From contig OZ241889.1 in assembly GCA_965203355.1 (NCBI GenBank), positions 3,648,001-3,712,000 on the forward strand: a DNA stretch of 64,000 nucleotides. The letters run 5' to 3'. Both the position numbers and the translations under genes were made by a program. Source of the DNA: Candidatus Latescibacterota bacterium (GTDB lineage: Bacteria; Latescibacterota; UBA2968; UBA8231). Numbering within the stretch: position 1 is the first letter of the stretch; each line of letters opens with the position of its first letter. Of the stretch, positions 47,908 through 58,157 are shown one piece after another. The notes under the pieces were generated by a model that saw only the letters and a list, made by a program, of their open reading frames with translations, did not search any database and was not told where the DNA came from.

Positions 47908-49578
47908 TCAACACGGCCCCCTCAGCTCCACGAGCGGTAACGGCGCTGAGTCGTGTGCGCCGCGGTCGGCAACCAGCTCGGCAAAAGCGACCGGCACCAT
48001 GCTAACGCGCAAATCCCGCGCACCCGGCGACCGCACCGGCTGCGCTAAGAACGACGCCATGGCACTCGGAGTGAACACGAGGTGCTCAATGGCAAAGTCG
48101 TTTACTAACGCCTCGAGTTCGCCAACGTGGCCGATCACCGGGCGACCCGCCAGCGGGCCGGAGCCATCTCCCACCACGCCGATCAGATCGCCGTGGACCA
48201 TACCCGTGCGCTCCAACTGCTCGACGAAATGCACGGCAACCGCATCCGTTCCCACCAACAGGGTGCGCGACCGCCCCTCGCGGCCGCGCTGGTACCGGAA
48301 CCAACGCGCGGCCAAGCGCCAACCGGCGATCAGCAGCAAGTTGCAAAACCAAGCCGCGACCACCGCGAGCCGCGAGAAGTTGTACGCCTTAAAGAAAAAT
48401 ACCAGCATCGCGATGCAGGCAAACCCCAGCGTCACCCCAACTACCGACCACGCCACCGAGTAGCGGTGGCGGTCGTACAAGCCCGATGCGTAAAACGCCA
48501 ACAGCCAGACCAAGGTTGAAGCACCGTACACCGCAGCCCATTGCAAATCCGAATACGGCGGCGGTACCACCCAGCGCGTCGGTTGGGCATCGAGGCCCAG
48601 GAGATTGCCGACTTGCTCAATGCGGTAGATGAAAGGCACTAACTCTTGGTGGTAGCGCACCGCCAATCCGAGCTTCAAGCCACAGAGCACTAAGCCAGCG
48701 TCGATCAGCGGCATGGCCAAGGCGCGCCCCGCCCGGGCGCAGAGGCGGAACATTCCGTGTAGAGCAATGCCCACCTGCAAGAGCCACAGCGGGAAGAAGC
48801 GATAGCGCCGCGCCATGTGCTTGTTGACAAAAATCGACATGGCTTGGCTTTTGCGATAGAGAATTTTCAGCGGCGTCCCCCGGCCGCTCTCGCCGCGAAA
48901 GTGGAGGATCGAGGTCGTCGGCACGTAGTACATTTTCCAGCCAGCTTGGTGGAAGCGATAGCACCAGTCGATATCCTCGCCGTACATGAAGTAAGACTCG
49001 TCGAGCAGGCCGACTTGGTCCATGGCCGCCTTGCGCACCATCATGCAAGAGCCAGATAGCACCTCGACCTCGGCTGTCTGCTCGGGATCGAGATACGTCA
49101 TGTGGTAGTGGGCGATGAGCGGGTGCTTGGGAAAGAAGCGGCTCAAGCCCGACATCTTGCAGAAGGCAGCCAATGGCGTCGGAAAGCCTCGGCGGCTGTC
49201 GAGTTGCAAGGTGCCGTCCGGGTCGAGGATTTTGCACCCGCAGGCTCCGGCTTCCGGGTGCGCGTCCAAAAACGCTACCATCGTGCGCAACGCATCCTCG
49301 CGCACCAGGGTATCGGTGTTGATCAGCAGCGCGTATTCTCCCACTACCTGCCGCAAGGCCGCGTTGTTGCCAGCCGCAAAACCCACGTTGGCCGCGTTGC
49401 GGATCAGCTTCACGTGCGGGAACTCCTCGGCGACCATATCGGCGCTGCCATCGACCGAGGCATTGTCGACGACGAATATCTCCACCGCTAGCCCTTCGGC
49501 GGCCGCGAGCACAGAACGCAGGGCCTGTCGGGTCAAGTCGCGGGTATTGTAATTGAGGAAGACGATGCTCAGTCGCAC
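47908..49578 (-). CDS. GT2 glycosyltransferase with C-terminal membrane domain
   Basis: VVDNASVDGS, GFAAGNN, INTDT, LDESYFMYGEDIDWC; GTG start at 49578. Confidence 0.88.
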   Translation of the reverse strand: MRLSIVFLNYNTRDLTRQALRSVLAAAEGLAVEIFVVDNASVDGSADMVAEEFPHVKLIRNAANVGFAAGNNAALRQVVGEYALLINTDTLVREDALRTMVAFLDAHPEAGACGCKILDPDGTLQLDSRRGFPTPLAAFCKMSGLSRFFPKHPLIAHYHMTYLDPEQTAEVEVLSGSCMMVRKAAMDQVGLLDESYFMYGEDIDWCYRFHQAGWKMYYVPTTSILHFRGESGRGTPLKILYRKSQAMSIFVNKHMARRYRFFPLWLLQVGIALHGMFRLCARAGRALAMPLIDAGLVLCGLKLGLAVRYHQELVPFIYRIEQVGNLLGLDAQPTRWVVPPPYSDLQWAAVYGASTLVWLLAFYASGLYDRHRYSVAWSVVGVTLGFACIAMLVFFFKAYNFSRLAVVAAWFCNLLLIAGWRLAARWFRYQRGREGRSRTLLVGTDAVAVHFVEQLERTGMVHGDLIGVVGDGSGPLAGRPVIGHVGELEALVNDFAIEHLVFTPSAMASFLAQPVRSPGARDLRVSMVPVAFAELVADRGAHDSAPLPLVELRGPC

Positions 49579-50300
49579 GATCGAGCACCTCGGCGACGGC
49601 CCATCAGCTTGTAGCCGCTGAAGCAGAGAATCTGTTTGGCAAAAAGCAGATGCTCGCGCCAATCCAGCTTGCTGGCACTGAACTGGCGATTGCGGAAGAC
49701 AAAAGGCACGGACCGATGTTGCCGATAGCGGCCCTTGACCAAAATTTCGAGCAAAATTTTGTAGCCCGAGGACGTCAGCACTAAGTCCTGTATCACGGGG
49801 CGGCGCAGACAGAAATAACCCGATAGCGGGTCCTCCACCCCGGTTAACAAGCGCGCCGCGTTCACGCCGACTTGCGAAATCAGCTTGCGGTGCCAAGCCC
49901 ACTGTTCGACTCGGCTAGTCGCGCCAAAGCGACTGCCCATGACAATGTCGCATTCGCGCAGGCTGAGGACGAGTTCGGGCAAGACCGCCGGGTCGTGGCT
50001 CAAGTCGGCGTCTATCACTCCGAGGTGCGGTCGCGCCGACTGGGCAAAACCCGCCATCACCGCCGACCCCAAGCCGAGCTTGCCCGGCCGATGTATCACC
50101 TGCATGGGATAGTGGGCCTTCAGTGACTCGGCCACCTCACCGGTGCCGTCGGGCGAGTTGTCATCTACCACGATAAGCTCCAAGTCGATATCCGGCTCTC
50201 GACCGACGACCGCGAAGATCTCTTCGGCCAAGAGCGGCAGATTTTCCCGCTCGTTGTACGTGGGCGTCACCAGCGAAATTTGCACGGGGTCCATGAGCAT
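49569..50300 (-). CDS. Polyprenol monophosphomannose synthase (DPM1-like GT2)
   Basis: PTYNEREN, VDDNSPDGT, KLGLGSA, DADLSH, GYKILLE. Confidence 0.9.
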   Translation of the reverse strand: MLMDPVQISLVTPTYNERENLPLLAEEIFAVVGREPDIDLELIVVDDNSPDGTGEVAESLKAHYPMQVIHRPGKLGLGSAVMAGFAQSARPHLGVIDADLSHDPAVLPELVLSLRECDIVMGSRFGATSRVEQWAWHRKLISQVGVNAARLLTGVEDPLSGYFCLRRPVIQDLVLTSSGYKILLEILVKGRYRQHRSVPFVFRNRQFSASKLDWREHLLFAKQILCFSGYKLMGRRRGARSCD

Positions 50301-50303
50301 AGG

Positions 50304-51203
50304 CTAGCGGGCAAATTGGGGAAAGTCGCGGCGAAAATGCCGAGCCGCGGCCAGGTGTTGTAGCCCCTCGACAAAGCTCATGGGTTGGCGACCGAGCACA
50401 GCTTCCAGCGCGTCGGTCCGCAAACCAGAGCGCAGCGGGCGCTTCGCTGGCAGCGCGACCGCACTGGTCGGCACCGGTTCGATCAACGCGCCGTCCATGC
50501 CAAAGAAACAGGCTATCTCCCGCGCCATCTCCCAGCGCGTCATAAAGGTCGCGCCGCCGACGTGGAGCAAGCCCCGCACCTCTCGACCGCACAGGGCCAC
50601 CAAAGCGCGGGCCAAATCGCAGATGTAGGTCGGATTGCCCCACTGATCGGCAAAAACCCGCAAGGGCTGGCCGCTAGACAGCCCATTCAGCACCCAAGTG
50701 AGAAAGTTAGACTCGACCTGCGGGCCATAGCCGTAGAGCCACAGGGTCCGCACGACTAGCACGCGCTCCATTTTTTGTAATACGCCCTCGCTTTCGAGCT
50801 TGAGTTGGCCGTAACAAGACAGCGGGTTGGCCGCGTCCCCTTCGCCGTAGGGGCCGCGCTCGCCGTCAAAGACGTAATCCGTGGAAAGGTGGACCAAGCC
50901 AGCACCCATCGCGTCGCAAGCCGCGGCCAAGTGCTCGGGAATATCGACGTTGGCCTGCCGCGCAGCCCGCCCATCTTTTTCGCAACCATCGACATCGGTC
51001 ATGGCCGCCGCGTTAATCACCCAATCGGGCGTTAGCTCGGCGACGAGTGCGGCCACAGCTTGGCGGTCGGCTAGATCGACTTGGCGATAGGGAATGCCCT
51101 CGGCCACCGGCCGACGGCCACAGCCCATCCACTCGGCTTCCCCGGCCAAGGAAAGCAGCGTACGGCCCAAAAAGCCAGTGGCACCTGTCACCAAAATTCT
51201 CAT
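50304..51203 (-). CDS. rmlD: dTDP-4-dehydrorhamnose reductase family protein
   Basis: ILVTGATGFLG, NAAAMTDVDGCE, STDYVFDG, YGQLK, DQWGNPT. Confidence 0.88.
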   Translation of the reverse strand: MRILVTGATGFLGRTLLSLAGEAEWMGCGRRPVAEGIPYRQVDLADRQAVAALVAELTPDWVINAAAMTDVDGCEKDGRAARQANVDIPEHLAAACDAMGAGLVHLSTDYVFDGERGPYGEGDAANPLSCYGQLKLESEGVLQKMERVLVVRTLWLYGYGPQVESNFLTWVLNGLSSGQPLRVFADQWGNPTYICDLARALVALCGREVRGLLHVGGATFMTRWEMAREIACFFGMDGALIEPVPTSAVALPAKRPLRSGLRTDALEAVLGRQPMSFVEGLQHLAAARHFRRDFPQFAR

Positions 51204-52660
51204 AGTGGCGGGCCGTACCGCAGCAAGGCCCGTGCCCACGAGCTGTGCGCTCGGTCGGGCACCTGCGCCAAGCGCGGCGCGGCGGCCAAGGCGACCACCC
51301 GCTCGGCGCGGCCCTGCCGCCCGTAGAACTGGAGAGCGAGCGCTTTGCCGTGGTGCCATAGCGGACCGAGGGCTGCGGGACGATCGTACGACTGCTCCAT
51401 AAAGTGCGCCACCTGCGCGGCGGCGGCGGCAAATCGCGCCTCCCCGCTCCACTCGCCCAACTCCCACAGGGCCAAGGCCGCCAAGGCTTGATCGACGAGC
51501 AGGCCGACGCTGCCCTCAACTTCTGAGTCGCAGACGTGCTGCACCCGGCCGCGGCCGTCGATACAGTGGCTGATGAGCGCGTCGCCAGCTTGCAGAGCCA
51601 CCTGCGCGGCGCGTTCGTCGCCTAACCTGGTGGCCGCAGCCAGATAGGCCCGTATCAAGGCCGCTTGGCGGTCGGCGTAGAGCGCGGGATCGGTCCACCA
51701 AGTGTCGGCCATGACTTGGCGACCGCGGAACACCCCTTCGGTTTGGTCGAAGAGGGTCCCCTCGACAAAGCCGAGCAACACCCTAGCCGCCTCGGCGTGG
51801 CCGGGCTGATCGGCTTCCAGCAACAGATGCAGCATGGCCGCCTGATCGAGAGCGTCCCGCTCGCCCGCTGGTGCGCTCCAATCGGGTGCGTACGAGTACG
51901 CGCGAAAACCACCGCTATCTCCGAGCGGCGAGGCGAGCACCGCGTCCAAGCTGGCCAAGGCCATCTGTCGCGCTGGCGCTACACCCCGCACCTCAGCATA
52001 GGCGAGCAGGAAGCGCAACGTCGAAGTTTCGAGAAATTTAGTCGGACCGCCGAAGCCGCCGTGGGCCGGGTCAAAGGCGACCGCACAGGCGCGGTAAACG
52101 GCATCTATTGCAACGGGTTTCTCAACCTGGGGACGAGCGGCGCGTTGCACCTTGGCGACGAGCACCGCGCGCTTTTCTTCGTAGGCCGTGCGCAATCGGC
52201 GCAAATAAGGCTCGACATTGGCTGGCGGAATGTCCACCGCCCGCGCGAAAACCCGCCCGTCCGGCAGCGCTACCACTAGGGCCGGCCAACCGCCGCTATC
52301 GTAGTGCTGAGCAATATCCGGCCGCTTGAACGGATCGACCTGTACGCTGACGAATTGCTCGGCGATCAGTTGGCGCAACGCGGGCGTCGGCGTGGGAAAC
52401 AGCCCCTCGCATCCCGGGGCGGCCAAATACACCAATATGGGGCTGTTTTCGCGTTGAGCGCGTGCGAACAAATCCTCGTCCCAAGCCCCCCAAGGCAACT
52501 CGCCATCGGCCCACGGCCATTCAGCCAAAACGGACCGCTCGTTGCGAGTTGCTTCTTCTGGCGGCGGCGGCTCAGAGATGGCGCAGCCCGCCAGCATCAA
52601 CAGTGCCAGCAGCTTGGCTTCAAATTGATACATCTCTTTTATATTCAATGAGTTCGGCAT
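51200..52660 (-). CDS. DUF255/YyaL-like thioredoxin + alpha-barrel lipoprotein (divergent)
   Basis: PWGAW..FARA, VD..RPDI..Y..GGWP, FDPAHGGFGG.KF; LAGC lipobox. Confidence 0.75.
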   Translation of the reverse strand: MPNSLNIKEMYQFEAKLLALLMLAGCAISEPPPPEEATRNERSVLAEWPWADGELPWGAWDEDLFARAQRENSPILVYLAAPGCEGLFPTPTPALRQLIAEQFVSVQVDPFKRPDIAQHYDSGGWPALVVALPDGRVFARAVDIPPANVEPYLRRLRTAYEEKRAVLVAKVQRAARPQVEKPVAIDAVYRACAVAFDPAHGGFGGPTKFLETSTLRFLLAYAEVRGVAPARQMALASLDAVLASPLGDSGGFRAYSYAPDWSAPAGERDALDQAAMLHLLLEADQPGHAEAARVLLGFVEGTLFDQTEGVFRGRQVMADTWWTDPALYADRQAALIRAYLAAATRLGDERAAQVALQAGDALISHCIDGRGRVQHVCDSEVEGSVGLLVDQALAALALWELGEWSGEARFAAAAAQVAHFMEQSYDRPAALGPLWHHGKALALQFYGRQGRAERVVALAAAPRLAQVPDRAHSSWARALLRYGPPL

Positions 52661-52724
52661 TATTTACAAAGGCCGTTTAATGTACGGTATGCCCCGATGA
52701 ACGTCAAGCAAGTCCCAAGGGATG

Positions 52725-52807
52725 GTGGTGCGTTTTGAAGTTTAGCGAACGGGTCGCCCGGCTCCGCCTGAACCCCGGCGACCCAAGCCCGACCGAAAAC
52801 GTACTAC
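52725..52807. repeat. Short inverted-repeat (MITE/REP-like) element with internal hairpin
   Basis: GTGGTGCGTTTTGAAG ... GAAAACGTACTAC; GGGTCGCC/GGCGACCC stem; core shared with 58158-58272. Confidence 0.65.
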
Positions 52808-52869
52808 GACCGAATGATTTGGTCTAATCCCGCTTTGGCCGTGCAGGGTAGTTGCCGACCTTGACAATA

Positions 52870-53354
52870 GAAATGGGACCCGGCGGTGGCGGCGTGGACA
52901 GCAGGGGAAACTAGTGCGCTGTCTAGTTGCCGAACATTGACATCCCAGAACATCGGGGTCCCATTTCCGTGACTTGCGGTGTCGTGGGTGCTACTTGAGC
53001 AGCAGCATCTTGGCGGATAGGAACGCTTCGCCGGCCTGCAAGCGGTTCGTAGGCGGGCGATCTGGCGTTCATAAGGAAAAGAAAATGGGACCTCAAACCG
53101 AAAATTGAGGTCCCATTTCCGTAACTCGCGGTGTCGTGTGTGCTACTTGAGCAGTAGCAGCATCTGGATGTCGAGAAACGCTTCGCCGACCTGCAAGCGG
53201 TCCTGTAAGCTGTCGATCGGACGTTTATAAAGAAAAGGAAAATGGGACCCCAGAACATCGGGGTCCCATTTCCGTGCCTTGCGGTGTCGTGGATGTTACT
53301 TGAGCAGCAGCATCTTCTGGACGGCGAGGAAATCGCCGCCCGCTTGCAAGCGGT
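52870..53354 (-). repeat. Three tandem ~152-bp units of [last ~19 codons of surface-protein gene + GAAATGGGACC..GGTCCCATTT hairpin]
   Basis: (c/t)tacttgagcag at 52991, 53143, 53296. Confidence 0.88.
53230..53273 (-). terminator. Intrinsic terminator of surface-protein gene
   Basis: AAATGGGACCCC..GGGGTCCCATTT followed by U-rich tract. Confidence 0.8.
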
Positions 53355-56300
53355 AGAAGTACATCCCGGACGACACGCTCTGGCCGCTATCGTTGGTCGC
53401 GTCCCACTCCACCGCGTAGCGACCCGCCGCCTGATGCTCGGCGACCAGCGTCCGAATCGGCTGACCCAGTACATTATACACCGTCAGCCCCACGTCCGCC
53501 GCCTGCGGCAACGCATACTGAATCGTCGTCTGCGGGTTGAACGGGTTCGGATAGTTGGCCGCCAGCGAGAACACGGCCGGGCGCGTCTGTAACGACACCG
53601 GCGCGGGCAATGCCAGCCGGTTGAAGCCCAACGCCCGGTCCCAGGTCCGGTTGTCGGTGATTTCGAGGGTCGTGTACTCGATCTCGGTCGTCGGCCGGAA
53701 GACCAAGCGCAGCATCAGCTCGCCGTCGAAAACGACATCGCCGTGCGTGGCTACCGTCAACACGCCCGCTTCGGCCAGCACTTGCGGCGTAGCGAATGCG
53801 CTATCGCCTAGCGGCTGATCGGTCTGCGCCTCGACGAAGGTCAACTGGTCGGCGTCGTACGCTATCTGCAAGCCGTAGCCTTTGACCGCCACGAAGTCGG
53901 CCAGTCGCACATTAACGCCGAACTCTTCTCTTACGCTCGGCAGGACGGCTGGCGCATCCAGATATAGCCGCGCCGCCGCATTCAGCCCGGCCTGCAACGG
54001 TACCGGCTTGCCGGCTCCGCTGTTGAACCGACCGAACAACGAATCCAGGTCGACAAAGTCCAGCATCGCGTTGATGGTAATCGCGAACGTCAGCGAGACG
54101 CTTTCGGCGCCAGCCGTCGCCGTGTAGGCGACTTCAACGGCCCCATCGGTCGCCGCGTCCGGTGTGCCCGAAATCGTCCGGGTCGCCGCGTCAAACGACA
54201 GACCCATCGGCAGACCCGACACGCTGTACGTGATGGAGCCTTCGCCGCCCATCGCCATCGGCAGGACCAACGGCGTAATCGCCGTGCCCGCCGTGTAGGT
54301 GTGTGCGGCGACCGAAGTGCCCTCGACGAACGCCAAGGAGATCATCATATCCTTATCGCCGTCCATCATGCCGCTGTCTGTGTCGGTCAGTACCAGTGTC
54401 GCCGAACCTGCCGTCAAGCCGGGCAACATCGCGTTGAGCACGATCGTCTCGTCGCCCTCGGCCATACTGTCGGCCGTCGGATCAACCAACAGGCGCGTCG
54501 AACCCATGATCGAACCGGCGGCAATGGTGATGATCGGATCGAACAGGGCCGAGTAGTCCGTGTCGCGCAGGGCACTACTCGAAGCCTCATCAATCGAGAC
54601 GGTCGCCGTGGCATCCTCGGCCAGCGGCTTGCCGTCCAGCGCAGCCATGACCATTACTTCCGTCAATTCCGCCGTCTCGCTGAGCGCGCTCGGCGTCACC
54701 GACAGCACCAGAGACGTGCTTGGCGTCTCGTCGTCGGAAATCCGCAGGTCCACCTGCCCCCAACCGCCCGAAGCCGCCGCCCGAACCCCCAAGTGCTTAT
54801 GACCGTCCGCCGAAGCGTTGTCAATCGGCGACAGGAAAAGCGTCGTCCAACCCATCGTCTCGCCAGCCGCAATGGTGATCGTCCCGGCCAATGTTGCGGT
54901 GTAATCCACGTCGCGGGTGGCCATCGTTCCGCTGGCCGGCGGCACAATCGTGAAGCGGACCGTCTCGGTCGCCGGTGCCGAGCCCGACAAGGTCGCCGTA
55001 ACTCGGATTTCAGCCGTGTCGCCGTTTTCGCGCACCGCCGATTGCGACGCCATCACACTGGCGACGCCCACCGTGACCGGCGGGGCCTCGCTGACGGTGA
55101 TGGTAATGGTTTTTGCCCGGCCATTGTCGGCGTCATCGAACGCCATATAGACGACCGAGGTCATGCCTGCCAGCGTCGGCGTGCCCGAAAGCTTCCGGGT
55201 GGTAGCGTCAAACGACAGCCCCATCGGCAGGCTCGACGAGACCCGGTACCGCAGCGTTCCTTGGCCACCTGTCGCGGCGGGCAACACCTCGCTGAACGCC
55301 TGACCTACCGTCGCTTCAAAGGCTAATGCGGCCGCACCGAAACTCGGCCCTCCCGTGGCCGCGGGCGTATCCGAAGAACCAGAATCATCCATCTTCGCCG
55401 CGTCTTTCAGCGTGATCTTCGCGGTGCTGACCGTAATCTTGTCGTCGTCTTGGTTCTTGAGATTGTCCGTCAACTGCTTGATCGTGATCGTCTCGTCGTT
55501 GTCGTCTTTGCCGTCGTTGACCGGCGTGATCGTGATCGTCGTTGAGCCGGTGATCGCGCCGCGTGGAATCGTCAGCGAGCTAAGCGCTGCCGTGTAATCC
55601 ACGTCCCGCGTCGCCGACTTGTCCGGCGTCCGATCCACGACCAGCGTGATCGTCGCCGCCGCATCGAGCACTTTGCCGTTTAACGTGCCCGTCACCGTAA
55701 CGGTCGTCGCCCCGGCGTCCTCTTTGATTTCGCTCGGGCTGACCGACAGCGTGATGTCATCACTCAGCGTCTCATCGTCCGTGATCTCGAACGGCGCATC
55801 CTTCATCTGAGATGCGTCATCGCCGACTTTCGCTTGCACCGTGAATGTCCACGGATTATTCACACCGCTGTTGTCCACTGGCGTGACGCGCAGCATGGCC
55901 GTGCCTTTGGTATCACCCGCCGGGATCGTCAAGCCCTCAATCACCTCCACTTCGTAATTCACATCGCGCGTCCCGGAAGAACCCGCCGTAATCTGAAAGT
56001 CCACCGCCTTTGCGCCGGTCAAGGCTTTCTCCAATTCAACCGTCATCGTAACGTCGGTCGCTCCGGCGGCCTCGCGGATCGTCGCCGGACTCAGCGTGAA
56101 CGCCTTAATCTGCGCGACTGCGACGTCCTCGACCGTGATGGTGCCCGCATTGACCTTAACCGGAAAGGCAAAAGTTTCCATATACGTTAGGGTACTACCG
56201 GTACCATAAGGACTAGTCGACATGTTACCATTGCCGTTATGGTCGATACCGATGTTGACTTTCCGGCCTTTGGGAAACCTAGCAGTTATACAGTCACTCA

Positions 56301-57555
56301 CCGAACGCGTTGTGCTCGTTGCCGGCCATAAGCAGGGACCATATTCCGTTAATATGGTGTCGGCGGGCACCACAAAGGTATCCAAATAATCGTCATCCCC
56401 GAAAAAGTCGAACCCCAAGTCTTTTTCTACCAAGACGGTCCCCGCAGGTACGAAGTCGGATTCGTCCACATCATAACCGGGGTCATCGAATATTCCAAGA
56501 GTCCCATCGCCGTCAAGGTCTATTCCGATTGTAGAACTTTGAGGCAACCTATCCGCCCACCAGTTATTACTTTTAGCGGGTACAACGAAACCATCGGGAT
56601 CAAAGGTACCATCGCGGTCGAAGTCGAGCCGGACCTGCTTACCCGCGCTGTTTGTCCGTTTGGACTTCACCGTCAGCGTCGTATCACCACTGGCACTGAC
56701 CCCCAGCACGATCTTGCCCGCCTTATTACTCGGATCAACGGTGATCGTCATCGTCGCTTCGGTCTTCCCCTTCGGAATGGTCAGCTTTCCCAGCCCGCTA
56801 ATCGAGAAATTCACATCGCGCGCCAACGTATCGCTGGTAGCCCCCTTGCCCTCAACCACAACCAACTGGGTTTCAAGGTCGCCCTTCAACGCGCCGCCAT
56901 CCAACGTCGCTGTCACTTTAATCGGAGTCGCACCCGCCTGCTTGCCGAGCTTGGACGGCGAAAAAGAAAGGTTGATATTTCGGGGCAAACGCTCGTCGTC
57001 AATGATCTCAATATAGAAGACGCCCGTAGTACCACCTTGCTCAGTATAGGCCGCGGCGGTTTTGCCTTTCTCGAAGATGTTGCCAGTAGAGCCGCCGATA
57101 TCAACCACGATAGGAATGTTAGGCCGCGTTAGAACTTTAGCCGTATCGACCGTACCCGTTATGGTCAGCGGATCAATATCGACTGAAGCGGTCGCCGCGC
57201 GCACGATAGGTCCGATCCGATCATTGTTTATCGGGGTTATGGTGATCGTCCCGGTCGCCTTGCGTTCATCCTTCTTAATCACCAAAGAGGGGAAGGATAT
57301 GGTGAATAAATCGTTGAGATAGCGGGACGTGACACCGACAAGACGCAACGGAAGATAAAGATCGACCGCCGCCTTTAAGTTCGCATCTTTTAATTCGGCT
57401 GTTATGGTAATATCTTGCGCTCCCCCATCCTCGCGGACGGAACGCCGATCAACGGATATGTCGATGTCCTCGGTCTGAGCCGGGGCTTCCCCGGCCAACA
57501 GCAAACTGGCAATCAGCAAAAAAGGAAAGGTGAAAAGCCGCGTGTGCGTACTCAT
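53296..57555 (-). CDS. Large secreted Ig/Calx-beta-like repeat protein with He_PIG domains, DxDGDG motifs and FlgD-Ig C-terminal domain
   Basis: Signal peptide; ATRDVDY repeats; LPMGLSFDAATRTISGTP; NYPNPFNP..VYNVLGQ..WD..SSGMYFYRL. Confidence 0.9.
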   Translation of the reverse strand: MSTHTRLFTFPFLLIASLLLAGEAPAQTEDIDISVDRRSVREDGGAQDITITAELKDANLKAAVDLYLPLRLVGVTSRYLNDLFTISFPSLVIKKDERKATGTITITPINNDRIGPIVRAATASVDIDPLTITGTVDTAKVLTRPNIPIVVDIGGSTGNIFEKGKTAAAYTEQGGTTGVFYIEIIDDERLPRNINLSFSPSKLGKQAGATPIKVTATLDGGALKGDLETQLVVVEGKGATSDTLARDVNFSISGLGKLTIPKGKTEATMTITVDPSNKAGKIVLGVSASGDTTLTVKSKRTNSAGKQVRLDFDRDGTFDPDGFVVPAKSNNWWADRLPQSSTIGIDLDGDGTLGIFDDPGYDVDESDFVPAGTVLVEKDLGFDFFGDDDYLDTFVVPADTILTEYGPCLWPATSTTRSVSDCITARFPKGRKVNIGIDHNGNGNMSTSPYGTGSTLTYMETFAFPVKVNAGTITVEDVAVAQIKAFTLSPATIREAAGATDVTMTVELEKALTGAKAVDFQITAGSSGTRDVNYEVEVIEGLTIPAGDTKGTAMLRVTPVDNSGVNNPWTFTVQAKVGDDASQMKDAPFEITDDETLSDDITLSVSPSEIKEDAGATTVTVTGTLNGKVLDAAATITLVVDRTPDKSATRDVDYTAALSSLTIPRGAITGSTTITITPVNDGKDDNDETITIKQLTDNLKNQDDDKITVSTAKITLKDAAKMDDSGSSDTPAATGGPSFGAAALAFEATVGQAFSEVLPAATGGQGTLRYRVSSSLPMGLSFDATTRKLSGTPTLAGMTSVVYMAFDDADNGRAKTITITVSEAPPVTVGVASVMASQSAVRENGDTAEIRVTATLSGSAPATETVRFTIVPPASGTMATRDVDYTATLAGTITIAAGETMGWTTLFLSPIDNASADGHKHLGVRAAASGGWGQVDLRISDDETPSTSLVLSVTPSALSETAELTEVMVMAALDGKPLAEDATATVSIDEASSSALRDTDYSALFDPIITIAAGSIMGSTRLLVDPTADSMAEGDETIVLNAMLPGLTAGSATLVLTDTDSGMMDGDKDMMISLAFVEGTSVAAHTYTAGTAITPLVLPMAMGGEGSITYSVSGLPMGLSFDAATRTISGTPDAATDGAVEVAYTATAGAESVSLTFAITINAMLDFVDLDSLFGRFNSGAGKPVPLQAGLNAAARLYLDAPAVLPSVREEFGVNVRLADFVAVKGYGLQIAYDADQLTFVEAQTDQPLGDSAFATPQVLAEAGVLTVATHGDVVFDGELMLRLVFRPTTEIEYTTLEITDNRTWDRALGFNRLALPAPVSLQTRPAVFSLAANYPNPFNPQTTIQYALPQAADVGLTVYNVLGQPIRTLVAEHQAAGRYAVEWDATNDSGQSVSSGMYFYRLQAGGDFLAVQKMLLLK

Positions 57556-57735
57556 GATCTCACTCCTTTAGAAAAGGGAAAAGTGACAGAAGAAATGGAC
57601 TTAGCCCTATCACTAAGCCGCTGCATTCTTGCGTTTTTGCTAACGTTGAAAAAGACGAATGCCTCGCGGCGAGAGCTAGGGTTACGACGTCGCCCGCCGA
57701 CGAGGATGGTTTTCGTTTGTGATGTGGATGGGTGG

Positions 57736-57770
57736 CCACTGACCACTGACCACTGACCACTGACCACTGA
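57736..57770. repeat. Heptamer tandem repeat (CCACTGA)x5
   Basis: Five perfect copies in the region upstream of the surface-protein gene. Confidence 0.92.
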
Positions 57771-57872
57771 TCGGTGGGGCTTACCGACGCGGCCGGGCAG
57801 AGCAATGCCTCTTCCCGCTTCCGTAGAGGAAGGGGAGCGAGGCGAATAGATTGGCGAGTGAAGCTAGGGCTT

Positions 57873-57929
57873 AATGCCCAAGAAAATCGGGGGGGGGGGG
57901 GGGTAAATCATTGTTTTTTAAAGACTTAC
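57873..57929. repeat. G15 homopolymer element (copy 2)
   Basis: aaaatc-G15-taaatcattgttttttaaagacttac. Confidence 0.8.
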
Positions 57930-57959
57930 AGAAATAAAAACTCGGCGTTTTTTCAAGCG

Positions 57960-58150
57960 TAGAACAAGACACCGCCATTGCATTAAGCACCGCGCCCAGC
58001 GATGGTGTTCTTTGTGATATTGACGTTGTGCCCATGTCCTGTTAATCCGATTAAGAATGCCGCAAACGGCGGGGGTTCTATACCCAAACGCGCCGCGCCG
58101 CTCTGTGAATTGCAACGCATATTTTATGAATTTCAGTAAAGGCGTGTCAA
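57960..58150 (-). promoter_or_regulatory. sigma70 promoter (TTGACA-N18-TAAAAT) and conserved structured leader (copy 2)
   Basis: Homologous to 4046-4222. Confidence 0.55.
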
Positions 58151-58157
58151 GTGTAGG

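Noticed and set aside
52870-53354. Possible diversity-generating retroelement TR/VR pair or CRISPR
   Set aside because: Differences are not adenine-specific and include indels; no reverse transcriptase or cas gene in the window.
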